In this document: piece by piece, positions 1 to 9,466 of the stretch
How the letters are laid out: each line of letters begins with the position of its first letter
Position numbering within the stretch: the first letter of the stretch is position 1
NCBI GenBank assembly: GCA_963676415.1
Contig: OY781097.1
Span: 1,160,240-1,224,239, forward strand
Source: Bacteroidales bacterium
GTDB lineage: Bacteria > Bacteroidota > Bacteroidia > Bacteroidales > WRLA01
Direction: 5' to 3'
Length of the DNA: 64,000 nt
The notes under the pieces: model-generated
The model's input: only the letters and a program-made list of their open reading frames with translations
The model's database searches: none
Told to the model about the DNA's origin: nothing
Translations under genes and position numbers: made by a program

Positions 1-410
1 AAATTTTAACAGCAAATCATTATAGACACTCAAAAGCCCTGCTACAGCCTACTTAAACAAAAAGATATATATGATTAATTGTCCCACAAATAAAATTAAA
101 TTACCATATAAAAGGCTTATTTTGTGAGGATTTCAATGCGAAAATCAAAAAAATCCAATTTTTTTTGGAAAAATATTCGACATTATTACAGGAATATTAT
201 TACTTTTGAAGGATACAATCCTTATTACAAACGTTCATTTTTGGAAAAATTTTAAGCAAAACATTAGAGGCATAAGCCTTATAAGCAATAACCAAAATCA
301 AAAATTGATATTATGAAAAAGAAATTTAATAATCGGTTAGACTTTGATCCATAAGCATCATTTAAAAAATGAGCATAACCCAATGGGGCTTTCCTCATCC
401 TGAAAATTTA

Positions 411-556
411 TCGGCCTCTCGACTCCGCTCGAGGACCTTAGATTGAGGTTGAACACTTAAAATTAAGGTCCCCCTGAGCGTAATTGAATGGCCGCTTTAT
501 AAGACAAAAAACAAAGGAAATGAACGATAACCCAAACTACAAACAAATGATAGAAA
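411..556 (+). repeat. Direct repeat copy a (~145 bp); partner at 6033-6176
   Basis: tcggcctctcgactccgctcgaggacctt...gccgctttataagacaaaaaacaaaggaaat.aacgataa.ccaaacta.a.acaaatgatagaaa recurs in the same orientation at 6033-6176, with scattered mismatches and small indels by eye. Confidence 0.85.
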
Positions 557-1032
557 TGCGCCACCATTGGGAGCTGGCAGGAATTGAGGAAACCCAATTG
601 GACAGCCTAAGGATCGATACCCTGGCCAATATTGCCGATACAGCACGTGGAATGGCCGGAGCCATGGCACGTGGCCTATTGGAGTACGCCTATGGCTATC
701 ATTTTGTAAACTGCACCGAATGTGGGAACCAAAACAAAGACAGCGAAATAAAAGGCTGGAACATGCCTGATAGTAGATCTGCAAAAGCCCAGCTTGAAGT
801 CAGTCCCAACCCAGCCAATACATGGGTCCGGTTTAAGTATGAACTCCCTGAAAACAGTACGGCTGTTATCCGGATTTCCAATACAAATGGCCAGACCATT
901 GCAGAACTGAACCTGCAATCCGGCATGAAAGAATATGTTTGGGATGTACGCAATATTCCATCCGGAACTTATTACTACCGTATGGATGCAAATAATCAAA
1001 TTGCTTCGGGCAGTTTTATTATTAATCATTAA
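484..1032 (+). CDS. Orphan T9SS C-terminal sorting domain protein, probably a 3' remnant of a larger cargo gene
   Basis: The last ~80 aa (LEVSPNPANTWVRFKYEL...SGTYYYRMDANNQIASGSFIINH) show the type-A Por/T9SS CTD pattern. There is no N-terminal signal peptide. The TTG start and first ~25 codons lie inside repeat copy a. Confidence 0.5.
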   Translation: MNGRFIRQKTKEMNDNPNYKQMIEMRHHWELAGIEETQLDSLRIDTLANIADTARGMAGAMARGLLEYAYGYHFVNCTECGNQNKDSEIKGWNMPDSRSAKAQLEVSPNPANTWVRFKYELPENSTAVIRISNTNGQTIAELNLQSGMKEYVWDVRNIPSGTYYYRMDANNQIASGSFIINH

Positions 1033-1049
1033 TTTTGAAAATCATCAAA

Positions 1050-1080
1050 AAGCACGGGGCATATTGCCCCGTGCTTATTT
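1050..1080 (+). terminator. Rho-independent terminator-like hairpin
   Basis: aagcacggggc-atat-tgccccgtgctt followed by attt, 18 nt after the stop at 1032. Confidence 0.6.
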
Positions 1081-1091
1081 AAATCTTCGTT

Positions 1092-2708
1092 ATGAAAACA
1101 TACAGGTGCTTTTTTATTGGAATTATTTTCTTTTTGCTTTTTACAAACACAAATGCCCAACTCCCCAATGCCCAACTCCCCATTGTAGAAACCAATTTCA
1201 ACTGGCAGAATTGTACAACTGGCTATTATAGTGGAGGGATAGCGAAGATTGACGACTCTTTTTACCTTTTATCGGCAAACAAAGGAAAGGATACCAGCGC
1301 CGTTGGCTACCACGATGATTGGGATCTTATGCTGATTAAAACAGACTCATTCGGAAACGTTATCTGGAAAAAATGCTATGGGGGAAGTAAAAGAGATACC
1401 CCATTTAGTTTGCAAAAAACCGAAGATGGCAATTTATATTTAATAGGTTTTACACGTTCAGATGATGGTGATGTGCAAAGCAGGCGGTGGCAGGCAACCC
1501 AAATATGGCTTGTTAAAGTTGACCCAACTGGAAATATAATCTGGGAACGTGCTTTTGGCATTGAAGAACCCAATGGTTTTGATATCAGAGGTTCACTAAT
1601 ATTGCCAGATGGCGGCATTATTATATCTGCAATGATACGGGGCAAAACCGGCGATGTGAGCACTCATTATGGGCTTCGCAACAGTTGGCTGGTGCGTTAT
1701 AGTGCCCAGGGGGATATGCTCTGGGAAAAAACCTACGGCAATGAAAGCCTGAACGAAACTTTAAGGGCTTTAAAACTTACAGAAGATGGCACAATCATAT
1801 GTGGGGCTGCTGTTTATAATGATGGAGGAATGGTAGAGTGTTCTTTACCAGACAATTTCGAATTTAGTGTCTGGCTTTTCGAAATTGATTTAGCAGGAAA
1901 TATTCTATGGCAGAACTGCTATGGGGGAGGATCGTACGATATCCCATATTGCATATTTGAAACTGGCAATAATTTTATTGTTGGTGCTAGTAGTGCTTCT
2001 CATGATGGGGACATTGTAAACCCTCATGGGGAATCTGATATTTGGTTGTTTGAAACAGACAATTCCGGCAACTTATCCTGGTCCAATTGCCTGGGAGGCT
2101 CATATCATGAAGCCCCAAGATATATTTTCCCTATATCAACTGGAGGTTATTTGATTGTAGGCTCAACCAGTTCAGATGATGGTGACATATCCGGTCATCA
2201 AGGGGGGTACCGAGCAAGAAATCTATGGTTTATAAAGGTTAATGATCAAGGCATTGGCCAATGGCAAAAATGCATTAGCAACAGGAATGGTTTTAAAAAT
2301 TTACCAAACCCACCAAGCATCCTCCAAAAAGACAACAACACCTACATTGTTGCCCAGGAAATTAAAAAAGGTGGAGGAAATGTATTATGCCCGGGGACCA
2401 CACCCTCAGATGACAACCCATATGTGTGGCTGTTTGAAGTAGAATTTACAGATCAATTTGTCTCTGTAAGCGAGCTGCACGGCCAGAGCCTTAATGTAAG
2501 CCCCAACCCTGCCAAAGACTTAATGATGTTTGAGCTGCCCGCTATTGGTGAGCTGTGCATTTATTCGGTTTCGGGGCGTTTGTTGCACAAAGCACACTGC
2601 CTGGCCGGGGATTATCATTACAACTGTGGCCATTTAAGCCCGGGGGTGTATTTCTACACTTTTATGATGGATGAGGCTTTGCTGCACGGGAAGGTGGTGG
2701 TGGAGTAG
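1092..2708 (+). CDS. Secreted repeat-rich (beta-propeller-like) T9SS cargo protein, paralogue 1
   Basis: Signal peptide MKTYRCFFIGIIFFLLFTNTNAQ. Reiterated ...W.K.YGGS..D....L....DG...G.T.S.DGD...W(L/V)VK(V/I)D..GN..W modules. C-terminal LNVSPNPAKDLMMFELP...GVYFYTFMMDEALLHGKVVVE is a T9SS CTD. Confidence 0.8.
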   Translation: MKTYRCFFIGIIFFLLFTNTNAQLPNAQLPIVETNFNWQNCTTGYYSGGIAKIDDSFYLLSANKGKDTSAVGYHDDWDLMLIKTDSFGNVIWKKCYGGSKRDTPFSLQKTEDGNLYLIGFTRSDDGDVQSRRWQATQIWLVKVDPTGNIIWERAFGIEEPNGFDIRGSLILPDGGIIISAMIRGKTGDVSTHYGLRNSWLVRYSAQGDMLWEKTYGNESLNETLRALKLTEDGTIICGAAVYNDGGMVECSLPDNFEFSVWLFEIDLAGNILWQNCYGGGSYDIPYCIFETGNNFIVGASSASHDGDIVNPHGESDIWLFETDNSGNLSWSNCLGGSYHEAPRYIFPISTGGYLIVGSTSSDDGDISGHQGGYRARNLWFIKVNDQGIGQWQKCISNRNGFKNLPNPPSILQKDNNTYIVAQEIKKGGGNVLCPGTTPSDDNPYVWLFEVEFTDQFVSVSELHGQSLNVSPNPAKDLMMFELPAIGELCIYSVSGRLLHKAHCLAGDYHYNCGHLSPGVYFYTFMMDEALLHGKVVVE

Positions 2709-3781
2709 CCTCGGCTCCGCTCTCCTGCCTTAAATTGATGATTTCTATTCAGTGAAAGCTGCTCAGCCTCCTTATTAATAAATTGAGTTAACCCAAACGA
2801 AATGAAAGAAAAGAAGCACAATACCAAAACATTAATCAGGGCAACATCCTTTCTGCTGCTTATCGGATTTATGATGGGATTTCAGTTCAGGGCTATTACC
2901 CAGCCCGCTATTGTAGAAACAAATTTCAACTGGCAAAAATGCTTTGAAATCCCATATTTCAAAGGAGGCCTTGTTTCAGCAAATAATGGTTATTATTTAA
3001 TATCGGGAACCGATGGTTCTGACACTATGGTTAACAATTTCCATGGCGGTTCAGATATACTATTGGTACATACAGATTCACTTGGAAATATTTTATGGAA
3101 AAAATGCTATGGCGGGTCTGAAATAGATTATGGCCGGACGCTTATATCTTCCATGGATGGACATATTTTTTTGATAGGCCGCACTTCATCCGATGATGGG
3201 GATGTTCAAAGCCGCCAATGGGACGGGAGCCTGGCCTGGGTTGTAAAAATTGATCACCAGGGAGACATCATCTGGGAAAAAACTTTTGGTGTAGAAAAAG
3301 GGACAGGTTTTACCATTCGAAGCTTTCTGGCTTTACCGGATGGGGGTATTGCTGTTTCTTCGGTAATCCAAGGTAAAAGCGGGGATGTCAGCCAGTATTT
3401 TGGAGGCATTGATGTTTGGACTGTAAGGCTGGCTGCCCAAGGGGAGATGCTTTGGGAAAAAACTTACGGAAACAAAGGGCAATTGGATAATCTATTAAGT
3501 ATGGCTTATACCCATGATAGCACTATAATATGCGCAGGAGCAGCCAGTGTTGGAGGGGGAATGGTTGAATGTTCTTTGCCTTCATATGAAGTATATAATG
3601 CCTGGCTGTATGAAATAGACCTGCAGGGCAATATCCTCTGGCAATATTGTTATGGGGGCGAGAACGGCGATCTTCCTCATAGTATCATCCAATCTGACCA
3701 TGGCTATATCGCTGCAGCAAGTAGTGATTCCTGGGGTGGGGATATTGTTAACCAACATGTGTAGCGTCCTGATTTTGGTTG

Positions 3782-3829
3782 ACTCTTTTTTCTTCTTTCC
3801 GGGGATCCCCGGAAAGAAGAAAAAAGAGT
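3782..3829. repeat. Perfect 48-bp palindrome inside the IS, between the orfB stop and the IS end
   Basis: actcttttttcttctttccgggga|tccccggaaagaagaaaaaagagt. The two 24-nt arms are exact reverse complements with no loop. Confidence 0.9.
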
Positions 3830-3845
3830 TTGTTCGACAAATATA

Positions 3846-4796
3846 TTAATTCAATTTTTCTAATGCCACTTCTGGACGCTTTCTGTAATAAGTTTTCCAG
3901 CACCTTTTAAGTTCTCCAGTTTTTTGATGAGCCTTCTCTGGGGTCATCATTTCGACACTTCTGTGTGGGCGCTTTGTATTATAGAAGTTTATAAATTGGG
4001 GAAGTTCTTTTTTGGCTTCGGCCAAACTACTGAATGATATGGTTTTGTCATTGGTAAATTCTTCTTTTATTGTTCGGTTAACACGTTCTGCAATAGGGTT
4101 TTCCAGTGGATCCCCATTTTCCGTCATGCTAATTGCCATACGGCATTTATTAAGGTGTTTGATGTATTTGTCGCAACAATATTGGACGCCCCGGTCTGAA
4201 TGATGGATACACCCATGTGCCTTTAGTCCTCGTGTGGCTTTCTTTAAAGCCCTCAATGCGCCAGTAGCTTCTAATGAGCCACTAACATCAAATCCAACTA
4301 TTTTACGAGAATACATATCTGTAACAAGGGATAGATAAGCAAAACTGTCATTGCCCTTGATCCAAACATAGGTTATATCTGAAACCAATACCTGAGAAGG
4401 GCCATTGGGAATTAAACCTCTTATCAAATTCGGATACTTGTGATAATGATGATAACTGTTTGTTGTATAAGCCCTGCGCTTTGATTTTCTTAACAACAGA
4501 CCATGCCTGCGCAACAAATCATAGAAACGGTCTCGCCCTATGCTGATATTGTGGGCTTTTAAGTCTTCTTGCAAGCTGCAAAGCAAGTTCCTGCCACTCC
4601 CTTTTTTCCATAACCTTCGTTTTGATTTTATCAGTTCAATAATTATGTCTTCCTGGTAAATAGATTCTTCATTATGGCGAATATTCTTGTAATATGCCTG
4701 TTTGCTATAGCCAAGCAGTCCGCAAAGGTCTTTGATTGTTGCCCTCGAACCTTTGTCTGCTTTTAGTTGTTGGACAGCTTGGCTCCATACTTTTTT
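3846..4796 (-). CDS. IS3 transposase orfB (DDE/rve integrase core), expressed as an OrfAB fusion
   Basis: ORF track 3846-4586 shows ...VSDITYVW...HHSDRGVQY...NPIAERVNRTIKEEF (DDE triad context). The same frame stays open upstream to 4803 (YQKKVWSQAVQQLKADKGSRATIKDLCGLLGYSKQAYYKNIRHNE...) and is -1 relative to orfA. Confidence 0.85.
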   Translation of the reverse strand, partial: KKVWSQAVQQLKADKGSRATIKDLCGLLGYSKQAYYKNIRHNEESIYQEDIIIELIKSKRRLWKKGSGRNLLCSLQEDLKAHNISIGRDRFYDLLRRHGLLLRKSKRRAYTTNSYHHYHKYPNLIRGLIPNGPSQVLVSDITYVWIKGNDSFAYLSLVTDMYSRKIVGFDVSGSLEATGALRALKKATRGLKAHGCIHHSDRGVQYCCDKYIKHLNKCRMAISMTENGDPLENPIAERVNRTIKEEFTNDKTISFSSLAEAKKELPQFINFYNTKRPHRSVEMMTPEKAHQKTGELKRCWKTYYRKRPEVALEKLN

Positions 4797-5140
4797 CTGA
4801 TATCAATTTTTAATTCTTCTTCTGCTACATCCACCATCTTTTGCCACAGGTCGGCCCTGAGCTGCTCCTTCTTTAACTGAGCTTGAAGGTCCCTGATCTC
4901 CTGATCCTTATCTATTTCTTGTTTCTTGTTTTCCATTAGCTCTGGATTTATTTGGGATATGCCCCCTTCTCTGTAATTCGATTGGCCACTAAACTGGCGA
5001 ATCCAGTACAAAATTGCACAATTACTCTGAATACCGTAAATACGCCGCGCCTCTTCTTTGCTGTACTTACCTGATAACACTTCTTTAACTACACGAAGCT
5101 TGAAATCTTCTGGGTAGTTCATCTTTGTTCTTCTCTTCAT
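4763..5140 (-). CDS. IS3 transposase orfA (HTH)
   Basis: MKRRTKMNYPEDFKLRVVKEVLSGKYSKEEARRIYGIQSNCAILYWIRQF is an IS3-type helix-turn-helix, followed by a leucine-zipper-like coiled coil. Confidence 0.85.
   Translation of the reverse strand: MKRRTKMNYPEDFKLRVVKEVLSGKYSKEEARRIYGIQSNCAILYWIRQFSGQSNYREGGISQINPELMENKKQEIDKDQEIRDLQAQLKKEQLRADLWQKMVDVAEEELKIDIRKKYGAKLSNN
4790..4796 (-). promoter_or_regulatory. Programmed -1 ribosomal frameshift heptamer A_AAA_AAG
   Basis: The minus strand reads gat atc aga aaa aag tat. The orfB frame opens directly after a TGA just upstream, and the orfA stop lies 27 nt downstream. Confidence 0.75.
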
Positions 5141-5922
5141 TTTAATCCTTGATTTAGTTGACTTCTAATTGTAATTCTGGTCAACCTATATCAGGACTAT
5201 ACAATGGCAGCAAAGACATTTGGCTTTTTGAAACAGATTTTAATGGCAATATACTTTGGAGCAATTGCCTCGGTGGATCTTATTATGATTATCCCAGTAA
5301 TATTTTCCCATTATCCGATGGTGGGTATATGGTGGTTGGATACAGCTCTTCTGTAGATGGGGACTTAGCCCCAACACAAACAAACTATAATAAAAAACTT
5401 TGGTTTATAAAAACTAACTACCAGGGCATTGGTCAATGGCAAAGGGTCATTTCATCACGAAAGGATCTGGACAATTGGTATTCCCCTTTTGTCTTGCAAA
5501 AAGACGACAATACTTATGTAGTAGCCCAGGAAATAAAGGCTGGCGGGCCGGATACCCGTTGCCCGGGAGCCACACCATCATCTGAAAACCCATATGTGTG
5601 GCTGTTTGAAGTAGAATTCACAGATCAATTTGTATCTGTAAACGAACTGCACGGCCAGGGCCTTAATGTAAGCCCCAACCCTGCCAAAGACTTAATGATG
5701 TTTGAGCTGCCTGCTATTGGGGAGCTGTGCGTTTATTCGGTTTCGGGGCATTTGCTGCACAAAGCGCACTGCCTGGCCGGAGATTATCATTACAATTGTG
5801 GCCATTTGAGCCCGGGGGTGTATTTCTACACTTTTATGACGGATGAGGCTTTGCTGCATGGGAAGGTGGTGGTGGAATAATTTCTGTCCATAATGCCCGA
5901 TCTCAGCGTTATTCTTGCCCTG

Positions 5923-5960
5923 AAAACATGGAGTCCCGTACGCACGGGACTCCATGTTTT
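5923..5960 (+). terminator. Rho-independent terminator after cargo paralogue 2
   Basis: aaaacatggagtcccgt-acgc-acgggactccatgtttt: a 15-bp stem followed by a T-run. Confidence 0.75.
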
Positions 5961-6032
5961 CAGTCCTGCGAATGCCTCGACCTCGAACATTCTGAACCAG
6001 AAATTTTAATTACAGACATGGATTTATTAATG

Positions 6033-6176
6033 TCGGCCTCTCGACTCCGCTCGAGGACCTTGGATTGAGGTTGAACACTTAAAATTAAGGTTCCTGAGCA
6101 TAATTGAAGAGCCGCTTTATAAGACAAAAAACAAAGGAAATTAACGATAATCCAAACTATAGACAAATGATAGAAA
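6033..6176 (+). repeat. Direct repeat copy b (partner of 411-556)
   Basis: See 411-556. The minus-strand ORF 5960-6166 in the track lies inside this repeat and is probably spurious. Confidence 0.85.
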
Positions 6177-6268
6177 AACCGGAACGCATCTTAAATTCAT
6201 CCCACATAGCGCTTTAAATAAAGGCACAGTTTTTGATACCAAAAGTTTTTGTATCTCAAATCATTTGC

Positions 6269-6628
6269 ATGAACCTTAAAAAGTATCATCGTTTTTTCAG
6301 CCCGAAGGCATTTTCAAAAAAGCTGCAGGGAATGAGCAAAAAAGGGCTGTATCAAATCCGTTACAATGCCATTCTCTTATTCGAAATTATGAAGTCACCG
6401 GATGTTCCGCTCAAAAGCAAAGCCATGATTGCCGGAGCATTGGGCTACCTGATCCTGCCTACCGACATTATCCCCGATTTTGTTGCCGGCATTGGCTTTA
6501 CCGACGATTTAAGCGTTTTGCTGATGCTGATGAACCAAATGCAATCGCTCATTACTGAAGAAATGCAGCAGTTGGCCGCGCAAAAAGCCGGATCCTCGCC
6601 GGAAGTAGCAGAGAATTTATCCATCTAA
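6269..6628 (+). CDS. DUF1232 (YkvA-like) membrane protein
   Basis: GALGYLILPTDIIPDFVAGIGFTDDLSVLLM is the DUF1232 signature. ATG at 6269 is preferred over the upstream TTG at 6233. Confidence 0.7.
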   Translation: MNLKKYHRFFSPKAFSKKLQGMSKKGLYQIRYNAILLFEIMKSPDVPLKSKAMIAGALGYLILPTDIIPDFVAGIGFTDDLSVLLMLMNQMQSLITEEMQQLAAQKAGSSPEVAENLSI

Positions 6629-6809
6629 AAAAGACGAAAACAATTCCGTAATTCGTTGGTTGTTTGCAAGTGTATATGAAGGCCGGTTTAAAGCTCTTTG
6701 TGCAATTGTAAAATCTTTATTTTGGTAATTGACTTCCAAAATAAAAAATCCTTAGGAATGCTCCCGATTTTGGAGAATATTTCATAAACTTGCACGGAAA
6801 TCCAGTTAA

Positions 6810-8009
6810 ATGGTTGATTCTATGAAGAAGATGGTGAGAATACAGAAAAAAAATATACTACAAGTCATAACCGCCGCAGTCCTGATCGGACTGTTTTTCT
6901 ATAATGCTGCTACACCGGTGCTTCTGGCTCAGGACCACCACAATCATCAAAACGCAATTCATACTGAAACAGAAGACATTGCAGATTTCGAACAGATTCA
7001 TGAAGAGGAGTATAATGCCGGTGAAATGATCATTGAGCATATTGTGGACGCCCATGAATGGCACATTGCTGATTTCGGACATACGCATATTACCGTCTAT
7101 CTTCCCATCATCCTGCTCCACGATGGCGAGCTGCACATTTTTTCATCCAAACATCTTGAGCACGGTCAATCTGCACACAATGGTTTTGCTTTGGCGCATG
7201 GCGGCCCGCACGAAGGCAAATTTGTAAAAATAATGGAATATGATTTCCTCGAAAGGGGCATCATCACCGAAGATACCGAAGCCAGCCTGCCCTATGATTT
7301 CTCCATCACCAAAAACGTACTTGCCATTTTCGTTAGTATGATCATCATCCTCTGGATTTTCATCGGCATTGCCCGTGCCTATACGCGCCGTCCGGGACAA
7401 GCACCCAAAGGCATGCAATCCCTCATGGAGCCGATCATCCTTTTTATCCGCGACGACATCGCGAAAGCCAGTATAGGCGAAAAAAAATACGCGAAATACA
7501 TGCCCTACCTGCTCACTTTGTTCTTTTTCATTTTCCTGAACAACCTGATGGGGCTGATCCCTATATTTCCTTTTGGAGCCAATGTAACGGGCAATATTGC
7601 CGTAACCATGGTTCTGGCTGTTTTCACTTTTGTGATTACAACCTTCAGCGGAAACAAAAATTACTGGATGCACATCATCAACGCGCCGGGGGTTCCCTGG
7701 TGGCTCAAATTTCCGGTTCCTTTGATGCCAATCGTTGAAATCATTGGTGTTTTTACAAAACCCTTTGTACTCATGGTCCGTCTCTTTGCCAACATCGCGG
7801 CAGGCCACATCATCGTGCTGGGTTTTATGAGCCTGATCTTCATTTTTGGAAGCATCAACGCATATCTGGGATTGGGCGTGAGCGTGGTAAGCCTTCTGTT
7901 CAGCGTATTTATGAGCGTGCTGGAACTTCTGGTGGCATTTATTCAGGCATACGTATTTACACTTCTTTCGGCACTATATTTTGGCATGGCCACCGAAGAA
8001 CATCATTAA
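6810..8009 (+). CDS. atpB: F0F1 ATP synthase subunit a
   Basis: Polytopic membrane protein with the conserved VRLFANIAAGH arginine motif. The His-rich N-terminal extension is usual in Bacteroidota. It is the first gene of the atp cluster. Confidence 0.92.
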   Translation: MVDSMKKMVRIQKKNILQVITAAVLIGLFFYNAATPVLLAQDHHNHQNAIHTETEDIADFEQIHEEEYNAGEMIIEHIVDAHEWHIADFGHTHITVYLPIILLHDGELHIFSSKHLEHGQSAHNGFALAHGGPHEGKFVKIMEYDFLERGIITEDTEASLPYDFSITKNVLAIFVSMIIILWIFIGIARAYTRRPGQAPKGMQSLMEPIILFIRDDIAKASIGEKKYAKYMPYLLTLFFFIFLNNLMGLIPIFPFGANVTGNIAVTMVLAVFTFVITTFSGNKNYWMHIINAPGVPWWLKFPVPLMPIVEIIGVFTKPFVLMVRLFANIAAGHIIVLGFMSLIFIFGSINAYLGLGVSVVSLLFSVFMSVLELLVAFIQAYVFTLLSALYFGMATEEHH

Positions 8010-8036
8010 ACGAACTCCATTTACTCACTTAAATAA

Positions 8037-8306
<270 letters not shown>

Positions 8307-8389
8307 AACAGGCTTTTGCTTTTTGTCCCGGCGATTGGCCGGGACAGAAGGCTTTCTTATGATTAAAAAACGAACAAACAAATAGAACT

Positions 8390-8884
8390 ATGGAACTTGT
8401 AAATCCGGGACTGGGATTGATTTTTTGGATGACCGTTTCTTTTCTCATCCTTTTGTTTTTACTGCGGAAGTTTGCATGGAAACCGATTTTATCGGCTTTA
8501 AAAGATCGCGAAGACAGCATTGAAGAAGCGCTGCATATGGCAGAAAAAGCCCGGGAGGAGATGGCCCAGCTCAAATCGAAGAATGAAGATTTATTGCGCG
8601 AAGCCCGTCAGGAGCGCGAGCAAATGCTCAAAGAAGCCCGTGCTGCACGCGATGCCATGATCGAAGAAGCCAAAGAAAAAGCTTCACTTGAAGGCCAGCG
8701 CATACTCGAGCAGGCCGCCGAAAACACCGCCCGCCAAATGGAAAGCGCAAAGCAGGAACTCAAAAATCAGCTTGCCGAGTTTTCGATTAAAATTGCCGAG
8801 CAGATCCTCAAGGAAAAACTTGCCGATGACAAGCAGCAGCAAGAACTGGTTGCCAAACTCGTAAAAGAAACCCATTTTAACTAA
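8390..8884 (+). CDS. atpF: F0F1 ATP synthase subunit b
   Basis: A single N-terminal TM helix followed by a long charged coiled coil, positioned between atpE and atpH. Confidence 0.88.
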   Translation: MELVNPGLGLIFWMTVSFLILLFLLRKFAWKPILSALKDREDSIEEALHMAEKAREEMAQLKSKNEDLLREARQEREQMLKEARAARDAMIEEAKEKASLEGQRILEQAAENTARQMESAKQELKNQLAEFSIKIAEQILKEKLADDKQQQELVAKLVKETHFN

Positions 8885-8888
8885 GCCT

Positions 8889-9428
8889 ATGAAATCAGCA
8901 CATATCGCCAGGCCATACGCAAAGGCATTGCTGGATTTCGCGCTGGAAAACAAGCAGGAAGACCAGGTTTTTGCCGATATGCAATTGGTTGAAAATACAT
9001 GCAGGAATTCCCGGGAACTGCTGGCCATGCTCAAAAGCCCCATCATCAGGGCAAAGCAAAAACTTAATGTGATCAATGCCCTTTTTCAAGACAAAATCAC
9101 AGATATTTCCACACGTTTCCTCAGCATTATCCTGCAAAAAGGCCGCGATGCCTGGATGCCGGAAATTGCCGCACAATACGTTGCCGAATACAAGAAATTC
9201 AAAGGCATTATGAGCTCTGAGCTTACTACAGCAACCGGCATCAGCAATGAAAGCCGCGAAGAGATTATCCGTATGCTAAAGGAGTTTTCGGGCAAAGAAA
9301 TTGAAATGAGCGAGAAAACCGACCCTGCACTTATTGGAGGTTTTGTTTTGCGTTTCGAAGACAAAAGATATGATACCAGCGTTCGCACACAGCTCAACGA
9401 ACTGAAAAGCGAACTCCTGACCAAATAA
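8889..9428 (+). CDS. atpH: F0F1 ATP synthase subunit delta (OSCP)
   Basis: 179 aa. ARPYAKALLDFA N-terminus and ...DPALIGGFVLRFEDKRYDTSVRTQL C-terminus are typical of delta/OSCP. Confidence 0.88.
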   Translation: MKSAHIARPYAKALLDFALENKQEDQVFADMQLVENTCRNSRELLAMLKSPIIRAKQKLNVINALFQDKITDISTRFLSIILQKGRDAWMPEIAAQYVAEYKKFKGIMSSELTTATGISNESREEIIRMLKEFSGKEIEMSEKTDPALIGGFVLRFEDKRYDTSVRTQLNELKSELLTK

Positions 9429-9466
9429 TTGATAAACAGAATACTAACAGTAGAAATTGATATATT

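Larger units (their letters stand above)
3760..5203 (-). mobile_element. IS3-family insertion sequence (1444 bp), orfA/orfB with -1 frameshift, apparently intact
   Basis: Ends TGTAGCGTCCTGATTTTGGTTGAC (3760-3783) and reverse complement TGTATAGTCCTGATATAGGTTGAC (5203-5180) match at 20 of 24 positions, with the TG...CA termini typical of IS3. ATG is duplicated at 3757-3759 and 5204-5206. It contains an HTH orfA and a DDE (rve) orfB. Confidence 0.9.
2802..5880 (+). pseudogene. T9SS cargo paralogue 2, interrupted by an IS3-family insertion (N-part 2802-3759, C-part 5204-5880)
   Basis: The N-part ends ...GGDIVNQH and the C-part resumes G-SKDIWLFETDFNGNILWSNCLGGSYY. Removing 3760-5206 restores GDIVNQHGSKDIWLFETD, colinear with paralogue 1 (GDIVNPHGESDIWLFETD). 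Confidence 0.9.

Noticed and set aside
7143-7808. Long antisense ORFs inside atpB, atpA, kbl, the A2M gene and the giant cargo genes (e.g. 7143-7808, 10457-10948, 17836-18288, 21613-22113, 23545-24084, 46598-47035)
   Set aside because: They fully overlap well-supported genes on the opposite strand and have low-complexity or atypical composition. They are shadow ORFs.
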